From IMG/VR virus record IMGVR_UViG_3300048058_000013: DNA of 64,000 nucleotides; one strand, written 5' to 3'. Of this stretch, positions 1 to 8,501 are shown one piece after another (position 1 is the first letter of the stretch; the number at the start of each line of letters is the position of its first letter). A program made the translations under genes and the position numbers. The DNA comes from a virus. The notes beneath the pieces are model-generated. The model was given only the letters and a program-made list of their open reading frames with translations, searched no databases and was not told the origin of the DNA.

Positions 1-125
1 AATTCAACCCTACAAATCTGGCAAAACAGTTTTTGTATGGAGAAAATCATTATAGAATACCTGGCTCTAAAATATCCCGATCCTACGCGGATACCACATT
101 TTAAGAGAAGCAATAATCTTAAAAT

Positions 126-473
126 TCATTTAAAGAAATCCATTACTTCTTGAGGACTATTCCATATCATCTTGTCATTATCATAATGAGCATATCCTCT
201 ACCTACTACTTCTTCTCTCCAGTTCGATCGCTCAAGAAGGCAGCCACAACCAATACCCAAATAGAAGATAACTGCGATCACTGTTGCCCAAATTAGTGTC
301 TTCCTCGCGACTACATGTTTCATCTCAGTCTCAGGAGTGAAGGCGAGAGCTTTCTCTGCCCTGTCGAACTCCATCTGGACGTTTGCTCTACTTGTCAAGA
401 TACTTCGATTCTTGAACGCCAAGAGACCTTCCAACGCCTCCCTGAGTTTACGGTTTTGGAGAGTAAGATTCAT
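126..473 (-). CDS. hypothetical membrane protein
   Basis: 115-aa ORF in a run of co-oriented overlapping genes; one hydrophobic segment (TLIWATVIAVIFYLGIGCGCLL). Confidence 0.6.
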   Translation of the reverse strand: MNLTLQNRKLREALEGLLAFKNRSILTSRANVQMEFDRAEKALAFTPETEMKHVVARKTLIWATVIAVIFYLGIGCGCLLERSNWREEVVGRGYAHYDNDKMIWNSPQEVMDFFK

Positions 474-748
474 TTCTTATATAACTCTTCCACTGTGTTC
501 ATGATATTTCTTAATTTTTCGAAGAACTGTGGATCAGAGACTTGAAGTTTCTGTGCAGACACATTTGGGCGAGGGGAAATATCGACATGATCATCTCTGA
601 TAATACCAATGAACCCTCCAAACTTATAACCAATGAAATGTATTAGACTCTGATTCCATCCATCAATCTCTCTAACGTCCCACGTGTGATAACTACTGGA
701 GTGGGGAGGTAACCAATCTTTAACAATTTGAGAGAGGGAGGGGATCAT
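470..748 (-). CDS. hypothetical protein
   Basis: 92-aa ORF, 4-bp overlap with the downstream ORF. Confidence 0.6.
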   Translation of the reverse strand: MIPSLSQIVKDWLPPHSSSYHTWDVREIDGWNQSLIHFIGYKFGGFIGIIRDDHVDISPRPNVSAQKLQVSDPQFFEKLRNIMNTVEELYKK

Positions 749-766
749 TCAATATGTAACCTTATT

Positions 767-1045
767 CTATACCACATTAGGTAACTCAATACATGTTTTG
801 CCAGACGGCGTATGCATCCAAAATCCATCTATAGGTTGCCAAAGCCAAAAATCACCTGAGATAGGAACACAACTATTGCCTTTATATTCACCAATACTCG
901 CAGTTAACGTTGGAATCCACTCTGTATCTGTAGGTGGAAGATCTTTGTCTTTCCAATAAGGAGCATGAAGTGTAACACGAACTTCATAACCAAGATCTTC
1001 TACTTCAACCTTCTTTGACTCCAAAGAAGGATCTAATGGGCCCAT
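767..1045 (-). CDS. hypothetical protein
   Basis: 92-aa ORF co-oriented with its neighbours. Confidence 0.55.
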   Translation of the reverse strand: MGPLDPSLESKKVEVEDLGYEVRVTLHAPYWKDKDLPPTDTEWIPTLTASIGEYKGNSCVPISGDFWLWQPIDGFWMHTPSGKTCIELPNVV

Positions 1046-1071
1046 TCAACATAAACAGGGATTCTTATTCA

Positions 1072-1245
1072 TTACATATATCCTCGTTCACCACCCGTTT
1101 CGTTATCCGGATTGGGAATGAACTCCCTGAAGAATCCAAATATTGATTCAAGAAGTCCTTCTTTGCGGGGCTCAGGTCTAGGCTCCGATTCAACACTCTT
1201 TCTCCTAGACTTCCGATTCCGCCTCTTTGATTTCTTTCTAGTCAT
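1072..1245 (-). CDS. small basic hypothetical protein (57 aa, not in ORF track)
   Basis: Manual translation MTRKKSKRRNRKSRRKSVESEPRPEPRKEGLLESIFGFFREF...GYM*; ATGA overlap with the stop of the M23 gene; fills the gap exactly. Confidence 0.55.
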   Translation of the reverse strand: MTRKKSKRRNRKSRRKSVESEPRPEPRKEGLLESIFGFFREFIPNPDNETGGERGYM

Positions 1246-1850
1246 TTCTTCTCCTCGTCATCAAGGTCTATTTCAGAAGTCAAGTGTTCTGAAATTTCGT
1301 AAGCCCCCAGATCCTCGGCTTCCTTAATCGCCTTATCTATAGCTTCCTGTCTCTTATTCCTAAATAGCTTCCTAAGTAAATCTGTTGGATCCTTCAAATT
1401 TTCAGGTTGCGCTTCACTCTTCTTCCACCACGTAGTTTCAGTCGCAGATGAATCATACAATTCGAAATGTAACATCGATCTGGATGGTGCATGATCTTCG
1501 TAATCTTCGGGAAGTACATTCATGATGTGACCAACCACATCGCCTTCCTTTATTTCATCCCCCTCTTTAACATTGGGTTTGACCTCTCCATAGGCGATAA
1601 CCCCACTGTTTCCCTTCACCATTACCACTTGCGTGTAGAGGTAACGATATTTAGAGTCGGGTCCAGAGTCTTCAACTCCTGTGAAGTCTTCGACCGTTAC
1701 TACAGTTCCATCTTCAATAGCATATACTGTCGATCCTTCTGGGATATAAAGATCGACTCCGGTGTGGATATCATGTCTCCGCACTTTTCCAAAGGAGCCT
1801 TCATGAGTTGCTGGGATAGCGAGGTTGTAATCTTTTAGAGGGAACATCAA
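1242..1850 (-). CDS. M23 family metallopeptidase (peptidoglycan hydrolase-like)
   Basis: HTGVDLY (HxxxD) motif, GSTVYAIEDGTVV, YGEV..VKEGDEIKEGDVVG and LHFELY, typical of Peptidase_M23. Confidence 0.85.
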   Translation of the reverse strand: MMFPLKDYNLAIPATHEGSFGKVRRHDIHTGVDLYIPEGSTVYAIEDGTVVTVEDFTGVEDSGPDSKYRYLYTQVVMVKGNSGVIAYGEVKPNVKEGDEIKEGDVVGHIMNVLPEDYEDHAPSRSMLHFELYDSSATETTWWKKSEAQPENLKDPTDLLRKLFRNKRQEAIDKAIKEAEDLGAYEISEHLTSEIDLDDEEKK

Positions 1851-2177
1851 TCACCTTAAATTGACAGCGACTCTCAACGTTTCTTTAGCTTGATCCAACA
1901 ATTCAGCCATGAGAGTCACATGATCAGACTTGGTTGAGCTCATCACTCCCCACGCAGGATAGTCGATTCCAGATTGAGGAGCCTTTAACCCAGTGAATTT
2001 TGGTACGAGGTGGCCACCGCCTGCAGTAGACTCACATGAGAAGGTCCAACATGGCTCCGTCTCACCCTTTAACCAGACTGCCATAGACTTAACGGAGCCG
2101 TGAGTTTTATAATCCTTACACATTCCCACTAACTCTCGAACTTCCCCCACGAATTCCTTTAACATGCTGTTGAACAT
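1851..2177 (-). CDS. hypothetical protein
   Basis: 108-aa ORF abutting the M23 gene. Confidence 0.6.
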   Translation of the reverse strand: MFNSMLKEFVGEVRELVGMCKDYKTHGSVKSMAVWLKGETEPCWTFSCESTAGGGHLVPKFTGLKAPQSGIDYPAWGVMSSTKSDHVTLMAELLDQAKETLRVAVNLR

Positions 2178-2185
2178 AGATCACC

Positions 2186-2326
2186 TCAATAATACGGACC
2201 ACATCGATCATGCTGGTTAATTGAAGAGAATAGGTGCCAAACTACTGCTCCACAACCAATAAGCATTAAAGTAATGACAAATAAAAACTTACCCCAATCT
2301 GGCCATGCTGCTATCCATTCGGTCAT
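2186..2326 (-). CDS. small membrane protein (46 aa, not in ORF track)
   Basis: Manual translation MTEWIAAWPDWGKFLFVITLMLIGCGAVVWHLFSSINQHDRCGPYY*; one TM helix; fills the intergenic gap. Confidence 0.5.
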   Translation of the reverse strand: MTEWIAAWPDWGKFLFVITLMLIGCGAVVWHLFSSINQHDRCGPYY

Positions 2327-2328
2327 AT

Positions 2329-2661
2329 TTAATCCGTTACATATACCAGTTTCCACTTAGTAGCGATCTCTTTGCATCTGCGTGCTGCCAGTTGATCTGG
2401 TGACTCTCGATTACGATTTCTCTCGAAATATTCACCACGGATTTCTTGCAACGCTCCCATATCATTAACGAATTCAGTTTTAAAGCTGTGAGAGAGGTTC
2501 AATAAGTATTTGGAGTAACTCTCGATTACAACTACAGCATGTAGATCTCCGACACTGGCATCAATGTCGACAATCGTGTTATTATGGGAGTCTCTAATGT
2601 AATGGACCATATTCTCTCGCAGCGTTAAGGGCGAAACATAACAGACAGCCATCCTCACCAC
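2329..2661 (-). CDS. hypothetical protein (true start probably 2610, MVHYIRD...)
   Basis: ORF track; the 5' part overlaps the upstream gene. Confidence 0.5.
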   Translation of the reverse strand: MVRMAVCYVSPLTLRENMVHYIRDSHNNTIVDIDASVGDLHAVVVIESYSKYLLNLSHSFKTEFVNDMGALQEIRGEYFERNRNRESPDQLAARRCKEIATKWKLVYVTD

Positions 2662-2980
2662 AATGAGCTGGCTTACCTATCTGTTTGTTCTTGTGTTTTT
2701 CCATCAGTTCCATTAAAGGAGCCACAACTTTCTGGGCCTGGGTGAACGTGAGGGCGAGGGGCTTACATCTTTGGCACGGAGAGCCGTCCTCTACGGTATA
2801 ACAAACGCATTCAAACTCCTCCAACCCCCTCCTGAGTTCGCGGATTTGGAAGGCGAGGGTAGTTGACTGGAGATCTTGTACTCTGGCTTGTTCCTTCCAC
2901 TCTGCCGCTTCCCGCTTCAACTCGTCGCGCTCTATTTCAGCCTTATCTCGTGGGGCCAGCGTATCATCACCAAAACTCAT
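2594..2980 (-). CDS. Cys-rich hypothetical protein with N-terminal coiled coil
   Basis: 128 aa; CxC..CxxC and HC...CxxC clusters; 4-bp overlap with the upstream ORF. Confidence 0.55.
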   Translation of the reverse strand: MSFGDDTLAPRDKAEIERDELKREAAEWKEQARVQDLQSTTLAFQIRELRRGLEEFECVCYTVEDGSPCQRCKPLALTFTQAQKVVAPLMELMEKHKNKQIGKPAHCGEDGCLLCFALNAAREYGPLH

Positions 2981-3246
2981 AGATCCATCCCCGATAATTT
3001 TCTAAGCTTTGTGGGTAAAGCCTTGATTGAAGCAAGACGCTCCTTCGAATCGCATTGACAATTTGGCCCCGTGTCTCTACCATAACCGCACCAGCTAGCA
3101 TGGTTATAGGTGTGGGGAAGCAAGTGTCTTAGAACCCTCTCCATTGCTTTCAGCTCATTAGTGATCGCCTGTACGTGTTTGCAATTACCTACGATTCCCC
3201 GACTGATGACTGCACACTGACTACAAACAACAGGTTTGGAACTCAT
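2977..3246 (-). CDS. Cys/His-rich hypothetical protein
   Basis: 89 aa; CSQC, CKH, WC, CQC; first gene after the capsid terminator. Confidence 0.55.
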   Translation of the reverse strand: MSSKPVVCSQCAVISRGIVGNCKHVQAITNELKAMERVLRHLLPHTYNHASWCGYGRDTGPNCQCDSKERLASIKALPTKLRKLSGMDL

Positions 3247-3256
3247 AGAAGTTAAA

Positions 3257-3275
3257 TACTGCCCGGATATGAAAA
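3257..3275 (-). promoter_or_regulatory. conserved 19-bp motif, copy 1 (TTTTCATATCCGGGCAGTA), putative phage promoter/regulator site
   Basis: Identical to 50054-50072; both copies directly follow a terminator and are followed 2 nt later by TAA(C/G)TT. Confidence 0.55.
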
Positions 3276-3300
3276 AGGCCGGGCCCTTTCGGACCCGGCC
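3271..3300 (-). terminator. Rho-independent terminator after the major capsid gene
   Basis: Minus-strand RNA GGCCGGGUCC-GAAA-GGGCCCGGCC-UUUUU: 10-bp stem, GNRA tetraloop, U-tract. Confidence 0.9.
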
Positions 3301-3331
3301 CCTTTTTAATGCTTAGATCAAGCAGCCTTTA

Positions 3332-4843
3332 TTAGAGGTTGCTTACCGTGACGACACCGTAGTACAGGCCACCGTCTTCGATCAGCTTCTTGCCGTAACG
3401 AGTCATGATGCCCTTGTTCGGCGTGAAACTGTTCGGATCCAACACAGTTGGAGTCGAGAGCAGTGGGATGTATGGCGCGTAGAAGTATCCACTGTCCAGA
3501 ACCGAAGATCCCTTGAAACCCATGAGGATCTTACAATTTGGGAAGAGAGGATCCTTGTAGAGCCTCATCTTACCCTGGATCGTCCCGGCGCTCGTGATGC
3601 CGATGTCGATTCCGTCCTGAGCCAAAGCGTCAGAACCACGGAAATCGTTCAGCTGCTCGAACTTCGAGGCGATATCAGCGGAGGTTACCATCCAGTTGGC
3701 AGGGCCCCGGAGGGTCGTGCGGTGGATGATGTTCGCCACTTCCAATACCTTGTAGAGGAGGGCGATGTTACGATCGGTAAAGTTTACCGATGCGCCTGCG
3801 CCAGTCGCGAAGTTATGCGTGGCGCGGATAGCCGCAGCGATGATAAGGTCATTGATGATTTCTCGATCAATTTCCGCAACCATCTCGTCAGCCATCAGGT
3901 CCGTCAGCGTCGACTCGGCGTCGATGTTGTGGACAGACTTCAGATCCTGCGCGGCCTCGAGGGACCACGAGGTCTTTAACTTACGAGTCGCAGCCGCAAC
4001 GCTATCCGAATCGATCGAAAGCGTTACTTCTGGCTGGAATGGGTTGTTTTCCAGGTCGAACTCGTAATCAGCCCGTACTAGCTTGCCCGTTAGGGAGCCA
4101 GCGGACAGAGTGAGCGTTACAACGCCCGTTGTATGGTTAAAGGAGGTGCTGCCCTCATCAACCGTGCACTCCGTTGGAGTGGCCGTCAGAACGACGTCTG
4201 GGTTGCCGTCAGCGTCGAAGGAGACCTGACACTCTGGTGTCGGCTCTTCGCAGCTATCAGCATCATCAGCAAACACGTTCACGACAACCGTGCCCGCGAG
4301 TACTGGACGATGAGCGAGAGTGCTCGTAGCAGTCGTAGCGCCAGTGACGGTAACGTCCTCGCCCTTAACGACCTGCGAGCTGTAGAACGGATCAAGCGCC
4401 CAACCGTTCTGGCGAGCAAACGCCTGAGCGGTGTTCTGACGCATAATCTGCGTTCCAGCCTGTGTCTGTCCCTTTGACAGAGCGTAGCGATATCTGATAT
4501 AGAAGATCAGGCTCGCTGGCTGACTCATTGGCTGAACGCCAACGAGATTGTCCGCGATTAGTCTTGGATAAGACTTGCGGATTAGAGGCAGAGCAAAGCG
4601 GGTGAAGTCCGCGATGTCGCCTGTGGTCGTAGCATCCTCGAGGATGACCGACCGGTTCTTTGGATCCCACGCATTGTACTGGTTTTCCATCATTGAGGAA
4701 ACCAGATCATACTTACCCGTTGGGATCTCCCTACACTTTTTCAGGACAGGAGCCCATTTCTTCACGAGCGTGTTCTTACGCGCCTTCGCGGTAAGCTGCT
4801 CTTGCTTGAGCTCTTCCGTCATGACTGGTTTATCGGAGTTCAT
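3332..4843 (-). CDS. gp23: major capsid protein (T4 gp23-like)
   Basis: KKWAPVL, LVGVQPMSQPASLIFYIRY, RKLKTSWSLEAAQDLKSVHNIDAE, EIDREII, YAPYIPL, GIMTRYG; predicted maturation site ILE69|D; strong terminator downstream. Confidence 0.97.
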   Translation of the reverse strand: MNSDKPVMTEELKQEQLTAKARKNTLVKKWAPVLKKCREIPTGKYDLVSSMMENQYNAWDPKNRSVILEDATTTGDIADFTRFALPLIRKSYPRLIADNLVGVQPMSQPASLIFYIRYRYALSKGQTQAGTQIMRQNTAQAFARQNGWALDPFYSSQVVKGEDVTVTGATTATSTLAHRPVLAGTVVVNVFADDADSCEEPTPECQVSFDADGNPDVVLTATPTECTVDEGSTSFNHTTGVVTLTLSAGSLTGKLVRADYEFDLENNPFQPEVTLSIDSDSVAAATRKLKTSWSLEAAQDLKSVHNIDAESTLTDLMADEMVAEIDREIINDLIIAAAIRATHNFATGAGASVNFTDRNIALLYKVLEVANIIHRTTLRGPANWMVTSADIASKFEQLNDFRGSDALAQDGIDIGITSAGTIQGKMRLYKDPLFPNCKILMGFKGSSVLDSGYFYAPYIPLLSTPTVLDPNSFTPNKGIMTRYGKKLIEDGGLYYGVVTVSNL

Positions 4844-4857
4844 GTTAATGTTTATCC

Positions 4858-5634
4858 TTATTCGATTGTATCTGCAATCTTGTCGACCTCCGACTGCGGC
4901 CGAACAGCGGCTTTAGCGGAGGTACGAGTCTGAGATTCTGTTAGGGTTCTACGAGTGGACTTGGCCGTGGCCTTCTGGCGACTCTCATCTAGGCGGGCTG
5001 TGGATGGCTTCTTGCCTTCTTCCATCTTTTCCTCACCCTTAGGAGCGTCGTCTTCTGAACCACCACCACACTTTGCACAACTACCACTCTTAGGATATGG
5101 GAGGTGATGTTCCTTACAATATCCCTCAGTGGCGACTTGCTCTTCTAGCGCACGATTACGCGCCAGTGTCTTTGCAGCAATGTCATTGGCAGTGTTAGCC
5201 TTGTTGAGGAGCGAGTTCCGCTCTTCCTTAAGCTGTCCAAACGCCTTCTCGAGCCGCGCAATTTTCTTCTGCGCGTCCTGAAGTTCCTGACTTGTCGCGC
5301 CATTATCTGTCAGTTCTACGCCTTCGGCAATAGCCTTCATTTTGCGTAGTTTGTTGGCGGACTCAGACTCTTCAATTGCTCTCTTGTTGTTTGCAGCCTG
5401 TTCCATGGTCGCTGCCTTGGACTCCATGAAAGTTTTCACACGGCGGGCGAGAGAGGCCTTTTCCTTGTTGACTTCCTCAACACAAACCTGCTTCGCACGC
5501 TCGATCTTAGTCTGGTACTCTTGATCGTACCTAGCCTTGAGCGACGTCGTGTAGCGCCCGAGTTCCTCACATATAGCTCCCGTGAGTTCCTCACTCGCGC
5601 CAATACCTTTGAGTAGCTCTTTCAGCTTATCCAT
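4858..5634 (-). CDS. gp22: prohead scaffold/core protein (gp22-like)
   Basis: Immediately upstream of the capsid gene; long coiled coil; GGAGGT Shine-Dalgarno; CxxH...CxxC motif in the C-terminal half. Confidence 0.65.
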   Translation of the reverse strand: MDKLKELLKGIGASEELTGAICEELGRYTTSLKARYDQEYQTKIERAKQVCVEEVNKEKASLARRVKTFMESKAATMEQAANNKRAIEESESANKLRKMKAIAEGVELTDNGATSQELQDAQKKIARLEKAFGQLKEERNSLLNKANTANDIAAKTLARNRALEEQVATEGYCKEHHLPYPKSGSCAKCGGGSEDDAPKGEEKMEEGKKPSTARLDESRQKATAKSTRRTLTESQTRTSAKAAVRPQSEVDKIADTIE

Positions 5635-5728
5635 CGGGATTCAACCTCCGAAGACATTAAAATTTTGTTCCTTACAAATAACTTTGCACGAAGGATTAAT
5701 TTTTTATTTATGACCATTGAATCTCAGG

Positions 5729-6028
5729 TCAATAATACTTGGGTGGTGGGTACTTACGTGTCTTTAAATTATTCGAACAATCAGGACATATTTCTCGATG
5801 ATGAATTCGACAGCGATCCATTGGCATCGGATCATGCATCCATTCCTTCCCACACTGAGAGCATTCGTGCGGGTGCCGTACACACTTAGCGCATCTTCCG
5901 TCCTGGAGAAAAGCTGGATCAATATAGTGTCCACAATTCACACACTTAATATCATTTTCATGGAGCGATCGTAGATACATATTATAATGGAAGTGTTGAC
6001 TTAAGACCACCCCACATACCACGCCCAC
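5729..6028 (-). CDS. small zinc-finger protein (true start probably 5982, MYLRSLHE...)
   Basis: CxxC, CxxC, CxxC, CxxH and CxxC motifs. Confidence 0.55.
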   Translation of the reverse strand: MGVVCGVVLSQHFHYNMYLRSLHENDIKCVNCGHYIDPAFLQDGRCAKCVRHPHECSQCGKEWMHDPMPMDRCRIHHREICPDCSNNLKTRKYPPPKYY

Positions 6029-6392
6029 TGCGAATTTTAGGTGTTTTGATCACTCTCTGAGTCTTCTCTGGAGTTTCTCTCTCATGCTTGTATCCCCACG
6101 TTGAATGTGGGTCTATTTTAGAATAATCACCCAATTTAATGATCCAACGAACATGAGCTGCGGGGATTGACAGTCCAAGTTTAGGAATCGATTTGGCGAG
6201 TTCTCGTTTGATAGCCCACCAACGCACACCCTCTACATCTCTCCTATTCTGTACTGCTGCGATAAGATCTTTAATAGGGATACCAGAGGTAATCAATTGA
6301 CCAACCGGATGAGTCTTACCTTGAAAATAGCTCTGGATTCTAGCGTGGATATCCTCAGGCGTGTGATTCTCAAAGAGACATTGTAGCCTCAT
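5982..6392 (-). CDS. hypothetical protein, possible head-internal protein
   Basis: N-terminus MRLQCLFE matches MRLRCLFE of ORF 19190..19564; lies in the head operon. Confidence 0.55.
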   Translation of the reverse strand: MRLQCLFENHTPEDIHARIQSYFQGKTHPVGQLITSGIPIKDLIAAVQNRRDVEGVRWWAIKRELAKSIPKLGLSIPAAHVRWIIKLGDYSKIDPHSTWGYKHERETPEKTQRVIKTPKIRSGRGMWGGLKSTLPL

Positions 6393-6400
6393 ATAATATC

Positions 6401-7063
6401 TTAGCGCGAATGGGCTCTAATCACCCAACGCTCCTTACCGGGGGAGGTAATTCCCCCCATATGGAAGATATCACTATCGAAGACTACTAACGTTCCAGCT
6501 TTACCAGTGACTGAGACAGGTTTATCATGCTTAACGTCAGGGTAATCTTCTATGTGATTCTTAATATCCATATAATGCTTGGCCGACGCGACGGCCTTCT
6601 TCCGTAATTCCGCACCCAATTTATGGGTCTTTGGGACGAACATTAGAGGACCGTTCTTGGGGCCGACATCATTAAGATATAAGAAAAATTTTAGAGCACG
6701 GGCGCGATCGAAGTGAAGATGGCCATTAGGGGCTAACCCCTTATCTGTTTGATAATCATGTGTAATGAATATTTCTGAATTGAAGCTCTTTACTCTACCC
6801 AAATAAGCGCTAGCTACTTTGCGCATCCATGGAGTATTAAAGAATTCACGTATATGTTTATGCTTCTTAATATGGTCATTATATATCCTACATGCTTTCC
6901 CAAATTCATAAGGAGGTAATGGAGGGGCATTTTCAAGGGCCGTGCGGGCATCCCTAGCAACCGCAGAGACCTTGGTATAGCGTTCAACCCTTACTATACC
7001 ATATTCTCTTAATTGCCCAGCGATATGTTGTACTACTTTGTCGTTAAGTTTAATGCCGTCCAT
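6401..7063 (-). CDS. 2-oxoglutarate/Fe(II) dioxygenase, phytanoyl-CoA dioxygenase (PhyH) family
   Basis: LHFD (HxD), KFFLYLNDV...NGPLMFVPKTH, GTLVVFDSDIFHMG (distal His), R-W-V. Confidence 0.85.
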   Translation of the reverse strand: MDGIKLNDKVVQHIAGQLREYGIVRVERYTKVSAVARDARTALENAPPLPPYEFGKACRIYNDHIKKHKHIREFFNTPWMRKVASAYLGRVKSFNSEIFITHDYQTDKGLAPNGHLHFDRARALKFFLYLNDVGPKNGPLMFVPKTHKLGAELRKKAVASAKHYMDIKNHIEDYPDVKHDKPVSVTGKAGTLVVFDSDIFHMGGITSPGKERWVIRAHSR

Positions 7064-7088
7064 GCTTTATTTTCTCGTGGAAGGCTGG

Positions 7089-7796
7089 TTAGTACAGGCA
7101 GGGGGTGCCGGGAGTTTCAGGTTCGCTATAATACCTATCTGTGCAACTTTGGCAATATTGTCCACCACCACAAATCGCCGCCAGACATTCCACACATTCC
7201 CCGTGATCTTCAGGCCCCTCACCACATGCATCACAAAGAGCCTGTGGAGCCTGTGGAGCCTGTGGAGCCTGTGGAGCCTGTGGAACTTGAGGCATCATGG
7301 GACCATAATCTTCTGCAAGAGCAGCGATCTCCGCGATTGTATTCTCAGATAGGCGGGGTTTTGGCTTGCATTCAAAGACGAAATCCGGCGACTCTGGTGT
7401 GTGTTCAGCTATAAGCTGAATATCATCATCAGTAGCTTCTCTAGATTCTTTCCCAAGTTGCCTCTTTACTTTATGGACGCAGCGTTCATACTTGGCTTTT
7501 TTCGCGGGTGAAGCATCCTTTTTGCCACCACCAGTTGATGCGCCGCAAATAGCCCAAGGATTGTCCTTCTCTTCCTCTTCATTCAGACCAGCCGATTGAA
7601 CAAAATCAAGTTTAGCGGCCTCGATATCTGCGCCGGATGGATCTACTTCCTCAGCATTGTTAGGATCGAAACTGGCAGGATCGGGAGATTGCGTCTCCCA
7701 CAATTTACCATTAGCGAAATGATATGTAATATGCCGAGCGCTATCTGGTGTCCTGAATAGAAGATATTGATCTTCTTTTAGATCACTCGGCCGCAT
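7089..7796 (-). CDS. hypothetical head-associated protein with PQA repeat and Cys-rich C-terminus
   Basis: NPWAIC...KYERCVHKVK motif; (PQA)5; CxxC x3 plus further Cys; sits between protease and scaffold genes. Confidence 0.6.
   Translation of the reverse strand: MRPSDLKEDQYLLFRTPDSARHITYHFANGKLWETQSPDPASFDPNNAEEVDPSGADIEAAKLDFVQSAGLNEEEEKDNPWAICGASTGGGKKDASPAKKAKYERCVHKVKRQLGKESREATDDDIQLIAEHTPESPDFVFECKPKPRLSENTIAEIAALAEDYGPMMPQVPQAPQAPQAPQAPQALCDACGEGPEDHGECVECLAAICGGGQYCQSCTDRYYSEPETPGTPCLY
7238..7282. repeat. 9-bp tandem repeat (GAGCCTGTG)x5, coding PQA repeat
   Basis: Five perfect copies plus one degenerate copy read directly from the sequence. Confidence 0.95.
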
Positions 7797-7798
7797 CT

Positions 7799-8488
7799 TT
7801 ATCCCTTCAGGTCGTTGAGGAAATTATGAACTTCCTTAACAATATCACGTTCTTTACCATGATATGCTTCGCTCTGCTTCTGAGTCTTCAGAAGACGATT
7901 GCGGGATTCCATAACACTCAAATAGCTGCCTTGGACCGATGGTTCGGCAACGATGTCGAAGGTAACAAATGTAAAACCCGGAAGTACCTTGTAGTATTCC
8001 TTATCCTCAATTACCGCTGATTCCATGTCACCAACACCACGAGAGCTAATGCCAATATTGACACCACTCTCAACTAGACTCTTAAGAATGCCACCACATG
8101 GAGTCTTCTCAAGAATCTCGAGTTCACCAATAACCTCGTTGCCTTCCATCCACAGCTTGGTTAGAAGATGACTTACACGATCAAGGTGAATCTTAGCATC
8201 AGGTGGATGGTCGAATTCGCCAAGAACACGCCGGGAAGCGATATCTTCCTGAATTTCCTTTACGGCATGACGAAGGATCTCATTTTCATAAATCCTGCCG
8301 TTCGAGTTTGGCCGACCAGCGTACTGAAAGCGGCCAGCGAGACGCATAACGGGGACTTTCACCCCATGCACGTCCTCAATCATGACTCTATCTTTCTTGA
8401 CGATCTGTAGAGGTGCAGAATCCTGGAGAAGCTGGTGCGATCCCAACTCCCCAGTACGAGTAACTAGTGACCTAGTAATCATCTGCAT
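7799..8488 (-). CDS. gp21: prohead core protease (T4 gp21-like, S77)
   Basis: NSNGRIYE, LGEFDHP, RVSH (catalytic His), GISSRGVG (catalytic Ser), FDIVAEPS. Confidence 0.95.
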   Translation of the reverse strand: MQMITRSLVTRTGELGSHQLLQDSAPLQIVKKDRVMIEDVHGVKVPVMRLAGRFQYAGRPNSNGRIYENEILRHAVKEIQEDIASRRVLGEFDHPPDAKIHLDRVSHLLTKLWMEGNEVIGELEILEKTPCGGILKSLVESGVNIGISSRGVGDMESAVIEDKEYYKVLPGFTFVTFDIVAEPSVQGSYLSVMESRNRLLKTQKQSEAYHGKERDIVKEVHNFLNDLKG

Positions 8489-8501
8489 TCCAATTTACCT
8501 C

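Noticed and set aside
7238-7282. 9-bp tandem repeat considered as CRISPR or regulatory array
   Set aside because: No spacers; in-frame coding repeat (PQA)5.
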